The translations under genes and the position numbers were made by a program. A stretch of 64,000 bases of DNA from Monocercomonoides exilis PA203 (Eukaryota; Protista; Preaxostyla): contig LSRY02000031.1 in NCBI GenBank assembly GCA_001643675.2, forward strand, positions 310,001 through 374,000, read 5' to 3'. The notes below the pieces were generated by a model that saw only the letters and a list, made by a program, of their open reading frames with translations, made no database searches and was not told where the DNA came from. Positions 11,312 through 23,592 of the stretch are shown piece by piece (the stretch's first letter is position 1; every line of letters starts with the position of its first letter).

Positions 11312-12814
11312 TTAAAAGAATGAAATTTGATCTCAATACCACAAATTTGAAAATTTGGCATTGTTAAAAACTTATGGGAAAAACATAAGGACTTATTGAG
11401 ACAATAAAAATAAAAATAAAAATTAATAAATAAATAAAGATATATCCGTTCCACTCTTTTTCTAAATTTATATCACGATAATTCTTCCAAAACAATGCAT
11501 AACATTCAGAAAAATAATAACTATTAAGAAAATCTTTCAAAATTTGTGTGAAGCAAAATTCATAAATAAAAATTTCGTGTTTAAACCTTTTTGATGTCAT
11601 ATTTTGTCAAGAATTTTAATTACGTTTTCAGATGGAGTGCATTATTGCATAACACACGACCATAATCGAATTATTACGTTAATGAAAATAGCATTCCTTC
11701 AAACTGTTTCATAATGTTATTTTGTCTATCTTTTATCCAGCAACTTATTTTTGTAAACAAATTTAATAATTTTTCATCCTCTTCTTGTTTTGAACAAGAT
11801 TTATCACAATTGTGATAATCAACAATAATTTCATTATTCAAATTCATAATAGAATTTAAATTTCCAGGCTATTAAAACAGTTTTGGATATGTTTTTCTAA
11901 CTGGTCTATATTATAAGTGGAGCTTTTTGATGTTGAAAAAGTGTTGTTTTGAAAAGTTAATGCTAACAATATGTGCAACAGAATTACACATCTTCAAGTT
12001 GTATACGAATTGAATTTAAATATTAAATCTGTGGTTAATAATATGAAATGTTTGTCACGAAAATATCAATTTAAAAATATTCCTTGGTTTCAAAAAAAAG
12101 AGACAAGTATTCTTGAACTGGTTTTATTTCTTTAAAAGATTTTTGAAAAGTTCATGTTGGTTAATTTACAGGTGAAAATTATAATTGAATATGAACATTT
12201 TAGTTGCATTCAAACTCTCCACATTTCATAAGCATTGAAACAAATATTTGACAATGTTGTTAGACATATTCTTGTGAAGAAAAGAAAGCGAAAACTTTTA
12301 TATAATGATTGTTTCCATTTTTTCGTTTTAAAAAGAAAATAAAACGATAATGACTTTTCAAAAATAACTTGAACATGAAGATAATGATTTTTCCCACAGT
12401 TTCCACAAACATATTTGGATAAAAAATTATTTTCACAATATGGGACATAATATTTGACTTCAAACATTATCATTGAAAAATTATGTATCTCAGATGAACT
12501 TTTTGTGATCAAAAAATTTGAAATAAATGGGTTAATTTCTTGAAATACGTTTGATGTCATAAAACATTTTGTTATAACATCAATGATGTTTGTTCACAGT
12601 TATGGAAATCTAATTTATTTTGAAATCTGAGAAAGCGAAATAAAGTCATGAATGAAACAATTTTCATTATGCATTGTGCATAAAAAAAGCTTGAAAGTCC
12701 GTATTTTCCCCCATATGTTGTCATCATTGCTTCCATAAATGAAAATATTTTTCTCAGTCTTATCTTGTGCATTAATCTGTATTTCATTATTAAGCCTTTT
12801 TTTACAACACATTC

Positions 12815-14363
12815 ATTATTCGAATATGGGAAACAAATACTGTCAAAACCGGATATAATCACAGCGGTTTTTGCACAACTTTTTGTAACTCCATCCGATT
12901 GTGATAATATCCAATGCTGCTTAACATAGAAAAAAAATAAAAATTAATTTATAAAATAATTAATTTTGGGTCGATTTTTTTATTTTTGAAAATTCTTCAT
13001 CAAAACGCATTTTTCACTTGCGAAATTAATTTTTTGCATAAATGGATATTATTTAGACTTATTTGAGCATATTTTTCAAAAAGCGAAAAATTAAAATTTT
13101 CAATCAAAAAATCTTTTTTTCATTGAAAAAATCACCCATTATTATAAAAAAATGTGATCATATATTTTCAGCCCTATGATTAAATGATATATGAAATGAA
13201 TGAAAAACAGGTATAAAATGTCAGCGCATCGAAGAATGTGACTTAAAACAAATGTGATTGTATTCGATGTTATTATGTCCGGTTTTGACTGTTATTCAAA
13301 ATTAATCAAATTTTGTATCTTTAAAAAAAATTCTTTTTGGTGAAAAATTGGTTTTTGGCTGAGTATCGAAAAGTGATGAAAATATTAAATTTTTTCATTA
13401 TTTATAAAATTGATGAAAATTTGAATCCCAATAAATATTATTTGTCTATTAACATTAAAATTTCTAGCTTTTCAGAAAAAAAATAATCATCATTGTTATC
13501 TTTAAATTTTCAAATTAATTCAACTAACATTTTTTATAACTATTCATGAATTATTCAATATATATAGGTTTTATCATTATTAAATTATGATAACAAATAT
13601 ATTTCTTAATGGAACAAGTCCATTTACAGATATTTCATAAAATACCGGACATCGTACAAAAAACCGGACAAGATCGCTTTCACTTTAACTGCAAGAGGAA
13701 TAATTATGTTTAATTTCCTCAAAATACATCCCATCAATACAAACTCATTTGACATACAAATCTTTCAAAACAGCTTCATTTGTGCTCAGATAAAATTATC
13801 GATTGAAATCTCGGAGAAATAAGATTTTGAGTTACTCAGAGATTTCAATGATTAATTTTTCTGAGCACAAATGAGAATTTTTTGAAAGTTTTGTATATCA
13901 AATGAGTTTGTATTGATGGGATGTATTTTGAGGAAATTAAACATAATTATTCATCTTGCAGTTAAAGTGAAATCGATCTTGTCCGGTATTTTATGCGATA
14001 TCTGAATACACTTTATAAATTCCGTATTTGTTTTGAAGTGTTAATCTGAATTCATTTTAGAATAATTGAATAATATTGATTGAATAATGCATAATGATAC
14101 ATTGTAAGTTGAATTTGTTACAAAATTTTCAAATTTCCATGATGATGATTTATTTCTGAAAAGTCATAAATTTTTATGTTAATAGACAAATAATATTTAT
14201 TGGGATTCAAATTTTCATCAATTTTATAAATAATGAAAAAATTTAATATTTTCATCACTTTTCGATACTCAGCCAAAAACCAATTTTTCACAAAAAAAAA
14301 TTTTTTTTTAAAGATACAAAATTTGATTAATTTTGATTTGATTGTTTCCCAAATTCGAACAAT
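12815..14363. mobile_element. Foldback (long imperfect palindrome) element centred near 13820, left arm interrupted by a MITE
   Basis: 13295-13460 is the near-exact reverse complement of 14170-14336, and 13663-13812 of 13838-13987. The arm continues left of the MITE: 12815-12838 pairs with 14340-14363. Confidence 0.8.
12840..13291. mobile_element. pogo/Tigger-like MITE (~450 bp)
   Basis: Left end TA|CTGTCAAAACCGGATATAATCACAGCG; right end reverse complement CAGTCAAAACCGGACATAATAACATCG, resembling pogo-type CAGT.AAACC..ATA TIRs. Removing it restores the foldback arm. The right TSD is imperfect (TTA). Confidence 0.65.
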
Positions 14364-14474
14364 ACGTCTATTGATCTCAAAATGAAAGTTTAATAATTTT
14401 GAATGATTTGTTGTGCAGTTAAATTTGACAGTTTCAAAAAGTGATCAAATTACATTATTTATTTTCTTTATTTA

Positions 14475-16137
14475 ATGGTTGCTCATTGCGATCTTGGTGG
14501 TTGGTTTTCATGGTCAATGCAAGGTATCATGGGCGTTGTGGTGTATTTGAGTTTAATTGGTTTGCAATTTTTAATGAATAAGTGAATGCGTTATATTTTT
14601 TTCGAAAAATTAATTGTTAAGTTAAATGGATGCGAGAGCGACCACAACGTCCTGCAATTATATGGTTTTTTGATACGACAAAGCAAGTAGCAGGTAAGAC
14701 AGTTGCTGAATAATTTTGCTTTTTTCTTTAAAATGATAATTCGATATTTTTTTAAGGAGTTCTTCTTCAGCATTTTTCAAATTTATTTTTTGCAATGGTT
14801 ATTGGAAAAGAATTTTCAAATGATGAATGTGCTTGGTATGGAATTTGTATTATATTTATGTTTATATTTATCATTTCTTTCTGTTGATTTTTCGAATTGT
14901 TTTTTAGGTATTCATGTTCGCATCTTGTTGACAGTATTGTTGGAGTGTTCTTCTGTTGGCTAATGCATAAGGGATTTTTGTGGTTTGTTAACAAACATAG
15001 AATTCGATTATATCGGCTTAGAAGTGGAATATACGGAGATCCTCCATCATTTTCAACATTTTTACTTCAAATGTTGATATGGCTTGTGATTGTAGCATTG
15101 GTTTGAGAAAACATTTATTGATTTGTGCTTTTATAATTCGAGGATGTTAACAATTTTCTTATTCTGACGTTGCTTGTGTTTAGTCAAAATGCATTGTATT
15201 TCCTCTATTATACATATTTGGAAAGCCCTTATTTGAAATATTTCGTTATATTCTGTCTCCAATTGAAGGATATCCTGAGTTAGAACTTGCAACCGTTTTA
15301 TTTATCATCCCGCTTATCGTCAACACCTGCGTGTTTTGGATCTCGGATTCATTTTTGAAGATGAAGACGCGAAAATCAACTCGATTTCAAAAAGGAAGGA
15401 GCAGAATGGTGAGTGTGAGTGAGTATTATGAGGAAGAGTACTTCAGCAGCGAGGAGCAAGACCCAGCAAACATGCCATATGCTCTGAGGCATCCGTCTAC
15501 CGGTTTGCATTTGTAATCTTTTTTCTTTCTTTCTTTCTTTCTTAATTTTTTCAATCTTTATTTATTTATTTGATTCCATTTTTATCACTTTCATAAATAA
15601 TACAAACCAATTCTTGTTCGTTCAGATGAGCAGCGTGAGTCTGTCAATGTGGCTGCACCATCGTCTCCAACCTCAAAATCACAAACATCAACACCCAACA
15701 TTGTATCATCATCATCATCATCATCATCATATGCATCTTCTTCTTCTTCTTCTTCAGATGCATATTTGAGAGACGAGCAAAGAATGCTGCTGGCAAAGCA
15801 GCGAAAAGCAGCAGAAGAGGAAAAAGAGGCGCTTTTGCTTTGCCCACCGGTGGATTCGATGAAAGTTGCAGCAGAGAAAGTTCCGCTTTCTGCGCATTCG
15901 CTTCGGCTGAAGGCAGAGCTGGCAGCGGCGAATATGATTGAGAGAGTGAAGGACAGAGAGAAAGAGGAGGAGAAGGAAGGAGTGAAGGAAGGAGAGAGAG
16001 GGTTTGGAAAGATGATAGGGAAAGGGAAAGGGAAAGGAGGAGCGACAAGGCTGAGTGATTTGACAAGCGCTGAGGAAGGCGCTGAGGAAGAACAAGGGAA
16101 CGAAAGTGAAACACAACCACTGTTGAAACATAATTAG
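14475..16137 (+). CDS. TMEM110: STIMATE/TMEM110 (YPL162C-like) multi-pass membrane protein, multi-exon
   Basis: Exons give MVAHCDLGGWFSWSMQGIMGVV, ERPQRPAIIWFFDTTKQ, DECAWYSCSHLVDSIVG, SGIYGDPP and YPELELATVLFIIPLIVNTCVFWISDSFLK. The GT-AG intron ~15503-15625 joins in frame to ORF 15649-16137. Confidence 0.85.
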
Positions 16138-17038
16138 CATCTTTTCATGTGCATATCAATGTTTTTTTTAAATAGATTCCTTTAGCTGCTTTTTTATGTA
16201 TCAATATTTAATATGCATTTCTTCTTCAATTGATGAATTTTTATTTATTTTTTTTCCCTGTTTTTGAAGGAACAAAAAGTTTGAATGTGTTGATTAAAGA
16301 AAAGGAAGGGAATGGCAAATCCACATTTTCTCACAAAAAGGCTTTCCATTTCTAACTTTTAGAGAAAAATGTTAAATGAAATAAAAAAAAGAATCTTTGA
16401 GGAATACTTTGAAGTTGATATGTTTTCATCCAAATGCTCGTTAAACGCGAAAAGAAAACAAAAAAAGAGCAACATTTTATTTCTTAAAATTATTTTTTGC
16501 CAAAAATTGAAAACATTGTTTCAAAAATAAAAATTGAAAAAAAAAAGGTTGAATAATTCAAATAAAGAAAAAGACTTTAATGTTGAAAAAATAATCATAT
16601 ATTTTTAATAAAAATAAAAATAATGTATAAAATATTGAAGGAATAAAATAAATAAAATAAAAAATAACAAGAATAATGAACTGACATTTATCACTCTCAC
16701 TCTCACACATTCTCTCAAAGTTATTGTACATCTCTCTTTCTCTTTCTATTTCACGTTACCTTCGCCACACGTTACTGCAAAAGAATAGAAAACAAAAAGA
16801 TAATAAAATAACAATAAAAAAAAGAGTTATGTGACTCAAAAAACGAGTTTTAAAGTCTCAATCAATAAAATTTTCTGTGAAGAAAAACACATTCAAGCAT
16901 TTTAAGTGATTCGCTTTAAAACTTAATCTTAAGTTTCTTCTTTGTATAGTTCTTCAAATAACAGCCTTGCACAAAAAGACAAGTCATTTGCACCTATTTC
17001 ATTGATCGAATTCTCTTTGAATGAATTGTTTGTCAGAT

Positions 17039-17159
17039 TTACACTTTGTCCATTGCAATTTCCTTCCAGCCAGGCAATTTCGTTGGATGTGTTGGCTTGG
17101 ACATCATTTTCATTGACACAAACTCAATTCTCGTATTCAAATCTTTTGCAGTCACCTGC

Positions 17160-17202
<43 letters not shown>

Positions 17203-19748
17203 GAAATAAACGATAAATGATGTACATTGTATTCAAAGATGTGACTAACAAATCTCATAAAATTCAGTATTTTATCTCATCCACATGTTGAAAGAAGAAT
17301 GAATTTCAAACAAACAAACATTAAATTATTTCATATTTCCACTTAATTTTCTTCTTTATTTCTTAATTTTAGTTCTTAAAACATACATAGAACTTATTCA
17401 CTTTTGGAATATTTGTGATGACAATTGGCAGCGGAGCATCGTTTTTGAAGAACATTGCTGTTCTTTTGCTCATATTCAGCTCTATTCGAATCAAATCTCC
17501 TGTTGTGAAGGGCTCCAAATGTTCTGTGTGTGTGCGGATATGCATCTTTCCACTAAAATGTTAAGAAAGAAAGAAAGAATAAAGAAATTGAGAAATCATT
17601 TAAAAAAAGCTTTCTTTTTCTCAACACTAATTAAAAAAAAAATAAAAAATGCAATTCTTTCGCTCGATTTTTATAAGCATACGAGCATTTGTACTCCACA
17701 AATATTTTGTCTGCCTCTTCATGAGAAGAGTTGTTGCCCATCACATCCATAATAAACCCAAATTTCGTGCTTGTGTCTTTGAATATGGTTCCTTAAAGGT
17801 TTATATAAGAAATAGAAAAGTTAAGAAAAGAAAAATATTGATAAAAAAAAATGGAAAATATTGTTATGAAAGATAAATATGAAATATGAAATCATAATAA
17901 TAAATATGAAAATATAACAAGACAAAAGCACAAAGACCAATGGATTAAAATAATAATAATAATGTTTGAATCATTTTTTGAAAAATGTCGAATAAAAATT
18001 GTTTTCTTAAAATAATGGTTCACAAATTCTTTCCTGTATTTCATCATTCATTTCTTCCCCTCAAATACAATTAAAAAAAAAAACCATTTTATAAATGAAT
18101 ATTACTGCATTTTCTTTCTTTCTCTTTCTTTCTTTCTCTTTCTTTCTCTCTTTCTCTCTCTCCAATCTCTATCACACCCTGTTGCAAATACGGTTTCCAC
18201 TCAACAGACACCACGTTCTCCAGCACAACATAGTCCACAAAGACGGTTGTCTCCGTCTTTTTCACCCAAGTTACGTTCTTCCCTGTTATCTTCACAGCAT
18301 TCGGATCACGCGCCACCAACTGCCCTGCAGCAGTCAGATCAGCAGGCTCACTAAACATGGAAGAAGGGGGAAAGTGGTGATAAAATAAAATAAAATAAAA
18401 TAAATTACAAATTTATATATCATTTGGAAAAGAATCGAAAAGAAAAGAAGAGCCATGAAAATTCAATTTGCTTTAAAAATTAAATTAGCAAATTGGCAAA
18501 TAAATAAAAACTCAAAAATTCATCATTTCTATTTCGCGTACTTCAAATCAAAAGCGCCTGCGCCACCAGCTCTGCTGACACCGTACTCGTTCAGATCGTT
18601 TATTCCGTAGTCCCACGCAGAGCTGCCATAAGCAGAAGAACCGGAAGGAGGCGGAGAACTCGTGTAAGGCTGCTGGGTGGTGGCGGGGTATGAAGGATAG
18701 GAAGGATATGCGGTGGAAGGGATGGTGGATGAAGAAGGAGAAGCAGAAGAAATCGAAGAGCCAGGCATCATCGAAACGGAAATCGGTGCAGAAGGAGGAT
18801 AAAACGACGATGTAACTCCCATTTGCGGTTGCAACTGCGGTTGCGGTTGCGGTTGAGGCTGCTGTTGGTGTGTTTTCACGAATTCCTCAATAAACTGCCT
18901 AAGTTGATTGAATGAATCAGCCAAACGTTGCTGCATATCGGAATTGGCTTTAAGCCCTTCTCTCATCGCAGTTATTTCTTTTACCGCGTAATCTCTCAGC
19001 TCGTCAATCTTCGATGACGAACTCTGAAATAAAAAAGAGTGGACAAATACGAATAATTATTTCAAATCGTAAATTCCAAATAAAATGTCGTGTAATATAT
19101 AGTTTCCACACATCCATGCATTCTTTTTTCATTCTTTCAATGCTCTGAATAATTTCGAAACGCGTCATGGAACTCTCGTTATGTTGCTCAGTCTTTTAGA
19201 AATATATCCATAAAACTTTTTACAAAATATCAAGAATTAAAGAAAATACAGTGAATTGTACTGGCTGCTTTGACACAGTTGTAACTACAGATGAAGAAGG
19301 AATTGCAGAAGGTAGAGATGGTTGAAGAGGCTTCATCAATAAATCTCAAATAAATTCCAAAAAAGTTGAAAAAATGAAACAAACATAATCTCTGACTTGA
19401 CCCTGTGAATGATAAAAGTTAAAAATACAAAATAAATACAAGAATTCAAATATTAATATGTAAGCAAACAATTTGAATTGGATGCTTGGGAAGCCAAATC
19501 TGTTCAAAATATTCAATAGTTTTCATTGCAAAATCATGAGCATATTCTTCAGTAGTGTTCAAAAGTTCCTTTGCATTTCTTTCGAGTTCTGCAACGTTTT
19601 TCGTAATTACAAATCTCTGGCAAAATGCTTGAGGGTTTTCGGCTAATGTTGCAATTCGAGATAAATTATCTGATCCAAAATGACTCATCTCTAGATCTGT
19701 TCCTTGCCACCAGGTTGCAAGGGCATTAGGAGGAGGAGGAAGCGACAT
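17039..19748 (-). CDS. Multi-exon protein: helical N-terminal domain, coiled coil, P/S/Q/Y-rich linker, C-terminal SPRY/B30.2-like domain
   Basis: Exons flanked by GT/AG link ORFs 19446-19748, 18529-18966, 18089-18358 and 17039-17251. Exon ~17401-17552 reads EPFTTGDLIRIELNMSKRTAMFFKNDAPLPIVITNIPK, a SPRY signature. Exact exon borders are approximate. Confidence 0.7.
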
Positions 19749-20359
19749 GAAAATAAACTAATATTTTTATTTGAAAGATCGATAGCACCCCATTTTAACA
19801 TAAAAATGCGACTTTCATTCCAAAAGAAGTTTAAAATAAAAGTTGTATTTTCAGTTTATTTAAAAAAAAACATTTTGAAAATAAAACATTTTCATTATCT
19901 ACTTTTAAATAAAAACTTGATGAATAAAACTTAATATAATTCAAAAAAAAAAGAACATTTATCATCCAAAAAAACTATTTATTTGAGACTAAAAAAAAGC
20001 CATCCAATTAATAATTCATAAATTATATTTCAATTTTTTTCATTTTCACATATGCATATATGTTTGATTAAAATCGATCTGTTGATCGCAACCATTGCAA
20101 TAGAAACTCTTGTCAAAATGGATAAATTTCTGTTTTCCTTTGATGCAAAGAGGAAATTATTTTCAGTTTGTCGTTTTTTTCGATTCACTTTATATTAGCG
20201 TGTGCAACGTGAATAATTACACTGACTTTTTTTAAATTCTGGACAGAGTTTTAGAAGATGAGATGCGAAAGGAAGAAAATGTGACAAGTGTGCAATTTGT
20301 GTATTTTGTTCTGTTGTTGCTTTTAATTATTAACTCAATGAAAAATTTTTAACAAATAT

Positions 20360-20659
20360 TTGTTTTGGAATATTTGTATTTTGTCTGAAGCCCAAAGAAG
20401 GTCAGCACATACTTCATCAAAAGCAAAGCCAAAGCGTTCGAAAATGATTCAATCACCTGAGAAAATACCCTCTGTAGAAGAAAATGAAACAAATGAAGTG
20501 ATGAAACAAGCCTCGTTGAAAGAATCAATTCCGAAACACAGAAAGCATCGTACCAATAATTTAAAACTATGGATTTGTTCAGCCGGGATATATATGTTAG
20601 CTATAATTCTGCATTTTTATCCCTCGCTCATTTCGTATGTCAGAAATGCGAAACATTAA
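20360..20659 (+). CDS. Possible last exon of a small protein with a C-terminal hydrophobic (tail-anchor-like) segment
   Basis: Hydrophilic K/E-rich stretch followed by LWICSAGIYMLAIILHFYPSLISYV. No family recognised. Confidence 0.3.
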   Translation: MFWNICILSEAQRRSAHTSSKAKPKRSKMIQSPEKIPSVEENETNEVMKQASLKESIPKHRKHRTNNLKLWICSAGIYMLAIILHFYPSLISYVRNAKH

Positions 20660-21414
20660 ATATTTAATTTTTCTTCAAATTTGGAAAATTAGTATTTTCA
20701 AACATGATATTTTTTTTGTACGTATTTTTTTTTTAAAGAAACAAAAACAATGTTCATTCACAGCAAAAATGTTAAAAAGAAATAAACTGCTTTGCATGAA
20801 AAGAAAACAACAAGAACTTGTTATTCGTTTTAATGATTTTCTCCATTTTGATGAAAATGAAGAAAACGATTTTTTTCTTTTTGAAATATTAATTTGAGGG
20901 AGATATTAAACAGAATGATTTCAAATATTCAAGAAAAAATATCAAATTCAATAGATGAATTTTGAATAGATTTTTTTGATTCAAATAAACCTTGTTTATT
21001 CAAATGAACTCATGTTTATTCGAATAGATCAAGTTCATGTGAATAAACTGAGTTCATTTGAGATAGACTGAGTTCATTTGAGTTACGAAAATTAATATAA
21101 AAAAACAGGAATTTTAAATGTGTTTAAAATGGATTGCAAAAACATACTAATATTATTTGCACATTGATAATGCAGTCTTGGAAATGATTTTTGTTGTTTT
21201 CGTCAAATTATTTATTTTATTAATCAAAATCAATATCTCATTTTTCTCTGCCAAATAACTTCTTGCAAATTATTAAAAATCATTTGTTCTTTTCTTCAAT
21301 AATTAACAAAAATCGTTTTTTTTTTTCTTTTGTGCAATACGATAAATTTTGTTAAGCATTTGTGTCTTTGTAATCAAAATCAAACATACGAAGAAAGCAA
21401 GAATCTTTTTTAAC

Positions 21415-23592
21415 TTAATTTTTTGAGGTATCGAAATAGAACAATAGAAAAATGAATCTCATCAAGAAATTAAGGAAATATTCATTCCTTTGTTCAAATT
21501 GACACAAAAATGCAATTGTCGTACATTCAAATATGATCTGAAAATTGTGCTCCTGCATTTTCGTTTGTTTAAAAAATATTTCAAAAGTCAGTGATAAAAA
21601 ATTGTCACATAAATGAAGTTTTTCGAATAGCATTTCTTTCTGTGTTTGCATGTGCATTATTATTTCTCGTTTTCTTTTCTTGTTTCTCTTTATAACACTC
21701 AAACGCTTCTGTTTTCTTACAAACTTTCCATCATCATCTTCCAGTCTGTGACAATCAATAACCAAATTTGTCAACCAACATTCTATTTTTGCATCTGTTC
21801 CAACGTTTTCTCTACCTCCTGAGTAGGTGTCAGAAAGTCTGAGCCAAAGCTTTTTCATCCGGCCGAAAAACCATTCGACAGGAATTCGACATCTTGCAAT
21901 GCTCTTGTTGAATTCATCAATACTCAGAAAATCCAATTCTTGTTCAGTGTGTTGGTCAAATATGGAGCTGGAAGATTCAGTCGATGATGAGGATGTTCTT
22001 TTTGTTAATGATGAAATAGAAGAATCAAAGAATGAAAGTTGTGACAAGGCTTGTGATGAAGATTTCATTGTTTCAGGAAAGTGATCAGTCGGAAGTCTGG
22101 TAAAAGCTTGGGAGCATTCAGGAAAAGTGGAATGTGATTCTGTTTGAGGAATAAGAGGAAGCGGAGGGGGTGCAGGGAGTGGAGGGAGTTGTTGTGGAGA
22201 AGTGAAAGAAGGAGGGGAAGGAGGAGAGGAAGGAGGAGAAGGAGAACGAGGAGGAGAAGGAAGCTTGTTTATTTCTGATGAAAATTTGGCGGAAGTCAAT
22301 TCTTGGAAAAAACATTTTTTGATGGGAGTGATCAATCGAATGTTTGGGAAATGTCCTTGATATCCTTTGTCTCCCATGATCGCCCAGCTATCATTCCGAA
22401 AATCTTGATAATTCCTTATTCTTTCTTCATCAGTTTTTTTCAAATATTCTTCATATCTTTTCATTCCTTTTCGAAACAAGAAAACATCATGTTTTCCTCC
22501 TTCAATCGCGTCAGAAACAAATAAGGCCTTGTAAGGTTTCCAAGATGAAACCGCCACTTCGATTTTGATGCAATAAACTGAATGATGTGCGTCAAACAGT
22601 TTTTTCCCTTCTGTGAATGTGGTAGAAATGGGATATGGAACTTTAATTGTCGTTGCATCGACTAACAAAGCTACATTAGGAAATTCTTCGTTGGGAATTA
22701 GTGGAGGCCTTGGTGGAGTGGAAAACATTTCATTCAACGCAGAAAGCAATGCGGGGCGTACATCAGTCAAACAATTGCTTGCCATTGATTGAGATATACC
22801 CATGAAAGAGGAAATCCTCTCCAAGGTCGTCCTGCTGGACAGCCACTCAAGATACACTATAAGCTTATCGTGTGGTGAAAGTGTTGATGGAGGCCCTTTT
22901 TTCGGTGCGCTGTTCACGATGGATTTCATCAAATTTCCAAGTTCAACAACTGTTGTTTTCGGAAAATGCAAATGCTCATCATTGGTGAAACGAAGATAAA
23001 AACAGGTGATTAATCCTATTGATTCTTCTTTTTTCTCTACATCTTTATTAATATCAATCTTTTCTATTTTTTCCATTTGTTTTGTTTTCCTATCCTGCAG
23101 TTCTTCAAAATCCGGCTGTTTCCGCTTCGGTTTTTCATTTCGCAGATTAACAGATTGCTTCATTTTTTTGAATCTTTTCTCTTTGATTTTCGTTGAATTC
23201 AGAGTATATTTTGAAGGTGACTCTTTAATGGAGGGACTATCTGCAGTTTTTTGAATTTTTGAATTCAAATGATCTCTTGTTTCGTTGTAAACAAATGGTG
23301 TTGTTTGATTTACAACATTTAAAACATTTGATGTTGATGGAACAGTTTGTTGATGAGATGAATTATCTTCATTTTGGTAAAGACTTTCACAGGATTTATT
23401 TTTCAAGTGTGCATTAAATTCAAAATCGTTTTGATCAAACGATGGGCATTCCACATTCTTTTCCCGGCATATTTTAGTATAAATGTCAACAATACGTAAA
23501 ATACAAAATGAAAACCTTCCGATGTGTGAATCTTCATCATCTCTAGGAATTCCAAAGAAAGCAATGGAGCTTGTGCTGGACAATAACGACAT
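21415..23592 (-). CDS. DDE_Tnp_4 (IS5/PIF-Harbinger-like) transposase with HTH region, intact ORF
   Basis: 725 aa. HTH LSPHDKLIVYLEWL..RTTLERISSFMGISQSMAS; catalytic motifs LLVDATTI, GGKHDVFLF, IMGDKGYQG, FNKSIARCRIPVEWFFGRMK and WLTNL. Confidence 0.9.
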   Translation of the reverse strand: MSLLSSTSSIAFFGIPRDDEDSHIGRFSFCILRIVDIYTKICREKNVECPSFDQNDFEFNAHLKNKSCESLYQNEDNSSHQQTVPSTSNVLNVVNQTTPFVYNETRDHLNSKIQKTADSPSIKESPSKYTLNSTKIKEKRFKKMKQSVNLRNEKPKRKQPDFEELQDRKTKQMEKIEKIDINKDVEKKEESIGLITCFYLRFTNDEHLHFPKTTVVELGNLMKSIVNSAPKKGPPSTLSPHDKLIVYLEWLSSRTTLERISSFMGISQSMASNCLTDVRPALLSALNEMFSTPPRPPLIPNEEFPNVALLVDATTIKVPYPISTTFTEGKKLFDAHHSVYCIKIEVAVSSWKPYKALFVSDAIEGGKHDVFLFRKGMKRYEEYLKKTDEERIRNYQDFRNDSWAIMGDKGYQGHFPNIRLITPIKKCFFQELTSAKFSSEINKLPSPPRSPSPPSSPPSPPSFTSPQQLPPLPAPPPLPLIPQTESHSTFPECSQAFTRLPTDHFPETMKSSSQALSQLSFFDSSISSLTKRTSSSSTESSSSIFDQHTEQELDFLSIDEFNKSIARCRIPVEWFFGRMKKLWLRLSDTYSGGRENVGTDAKIECWLTNLVIDCHRLEDDDGKFVRKQKRLSVIKRNKKRKREIIMHMQTQKEMLFEKLHLCDNFLSLTFEIFFKQTKMQEHNFQIIFECTTIAFLCQFEQRNEYFLNFLMRFIFLLFYFDTSKN

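Noticed and set aside
20953-21085. CRISPR-like array
   Set aside because: Degenerate 20-bp units without unique spacers, in a eukaryotic context; explained as transposon subterminal repeats.
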